From Eledone cirrhosa (lineage: Eukaryota), in assembly GCA_964016885.1 (NCBI GenBank), contig OZ024743.1:12090001-12154000 (forward strand): a stretch of DNA of 64,000 nt. Reading direction: 5' to 3'. The stretch's first letter is position 1; each line of letters begins with the position of its first letter. The position numbers were made by a program, and so were the translations under genes. This document shows, one piece after another, positions 63,235 to 64,000 of this stretch. The notes under the pieces were generated by a model that saw only the letters and a program-made list of their open reading frames with translations, was not told where the DNA came from and ran no database searches.

Positions 63235-64000
63235 ATTGATGCGACAAAAGAAGCATCAACAGCAAAGTCTCTCTGGGGGTTTACGAGTTCTCTTGGACCG
63301 TCTTCGATTGTCTGGTCCATACTCAGGAACGGGCAACAAGGTCTTGGGTCTGGTCTGTCTTGGAGTTAGTGGCACGATTTCCGAGATCTCCATCGGGTGA
63401 TCTGTTGCAAATTCAAAAACAGTGTCTACTGCATCACCAGGTTCATTGTCTTCCTCAGTAGTGTACCGCCGTTCCAGCTGTTCCCAGTGTCGTCACCACA
63501 CCGGGCCATGAGGTATGACCTTAACGTTGAAGCAGCGAGTACCTAATGACTTCTTAATGATTGTTGGTACCCATCGGGATCTTTGTCTCGGCGAGGTCCG
63601 TAGTACAGTGCATACACAGGATCTCCAGCCTTGTACTGCCTGGTAACCTTAGCGACACCTGCCGAGTTCGGAGTCATCTGAGACTTATATGCTTCCTTAG
63701 ACTGCTTGCCTTGAGCGATGTGTGCTGGCGAGGGCAGCAGAGAATCAATCCTTGTCCGTATCTGCCGGTGATTCAAAAGTTCCTTCGGAGAGAATCCACT
63801 GGATGTCGGTGTTCTCCGGTACTGCATCAAGAACTCTTGAAGTGCTCGCTTCGGCGGAAGAGAAGTCTTCCTCGGAGCTTGTTTGAAGGTCTGCACCAAA
63901 CGTTCCGCTGCTCCGTTAGTAGCTGGGTGGTAAGGTGCCCCTGTCAGGTGCGTGATCCCACGTTCTTTGCACCAGCTCTGGAACTCCTCAGAAATAAAAG
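63235..64000 (-). mobile_element. Gypsy/Ty3 pol C-terminus (integrase core and GPY/F-like region), frameshifted
   Basis: FISEEFQSWCKERGITHLTGAPYHPATNGAAERLVQTFKQ...FLMQYRRTP...SPKELL...IRTRIDSLLP...GDPVYA. Confidence 0.9.

Overview
AT-rich, repeat-dominated eukaryotic DNA with no recognisable host gene. The SINE families and TA/TG microsatellite load resemble a coleoid cephalopod (Octopus-like); this is an inference. Nearly all long ORFs in the supplied track (YIYIYI...) are translations of (TA)n arrays, not genes. Real coding content is all retroelement. There are Penelope-like elements (PLEs): a Naiad-type YRDD RT + GIY-YIG element with an uninterrupted ~775-codon frame, two further decayed Naiad-type copies, two EN-only fragments and one Neptune-like element. 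There are also two CR1-clade LINEs plus fragments, RTE/R4/Vingi-like remnants, a Gypsy integrase + PPT + LTR, and tRNA-derived SINEs. The most interesting layer is non-coding: about 20 type I hammerhead-ribozyme (HHR)-like motifs from more than 10 unrelated sequence families, read by eye on both strands. Several have very long stem II inserts (50-115 nt) with palindromic stem III, one family carries a compensated U3-A8 core, and a recurrent class of fold-back insertions has its symmetry axis inside HHR stem II. Almost every element is embedded in strand-polarised (TA)n arrays that switch polarity. Coordinates were counted by hand and may be off by a few bases.
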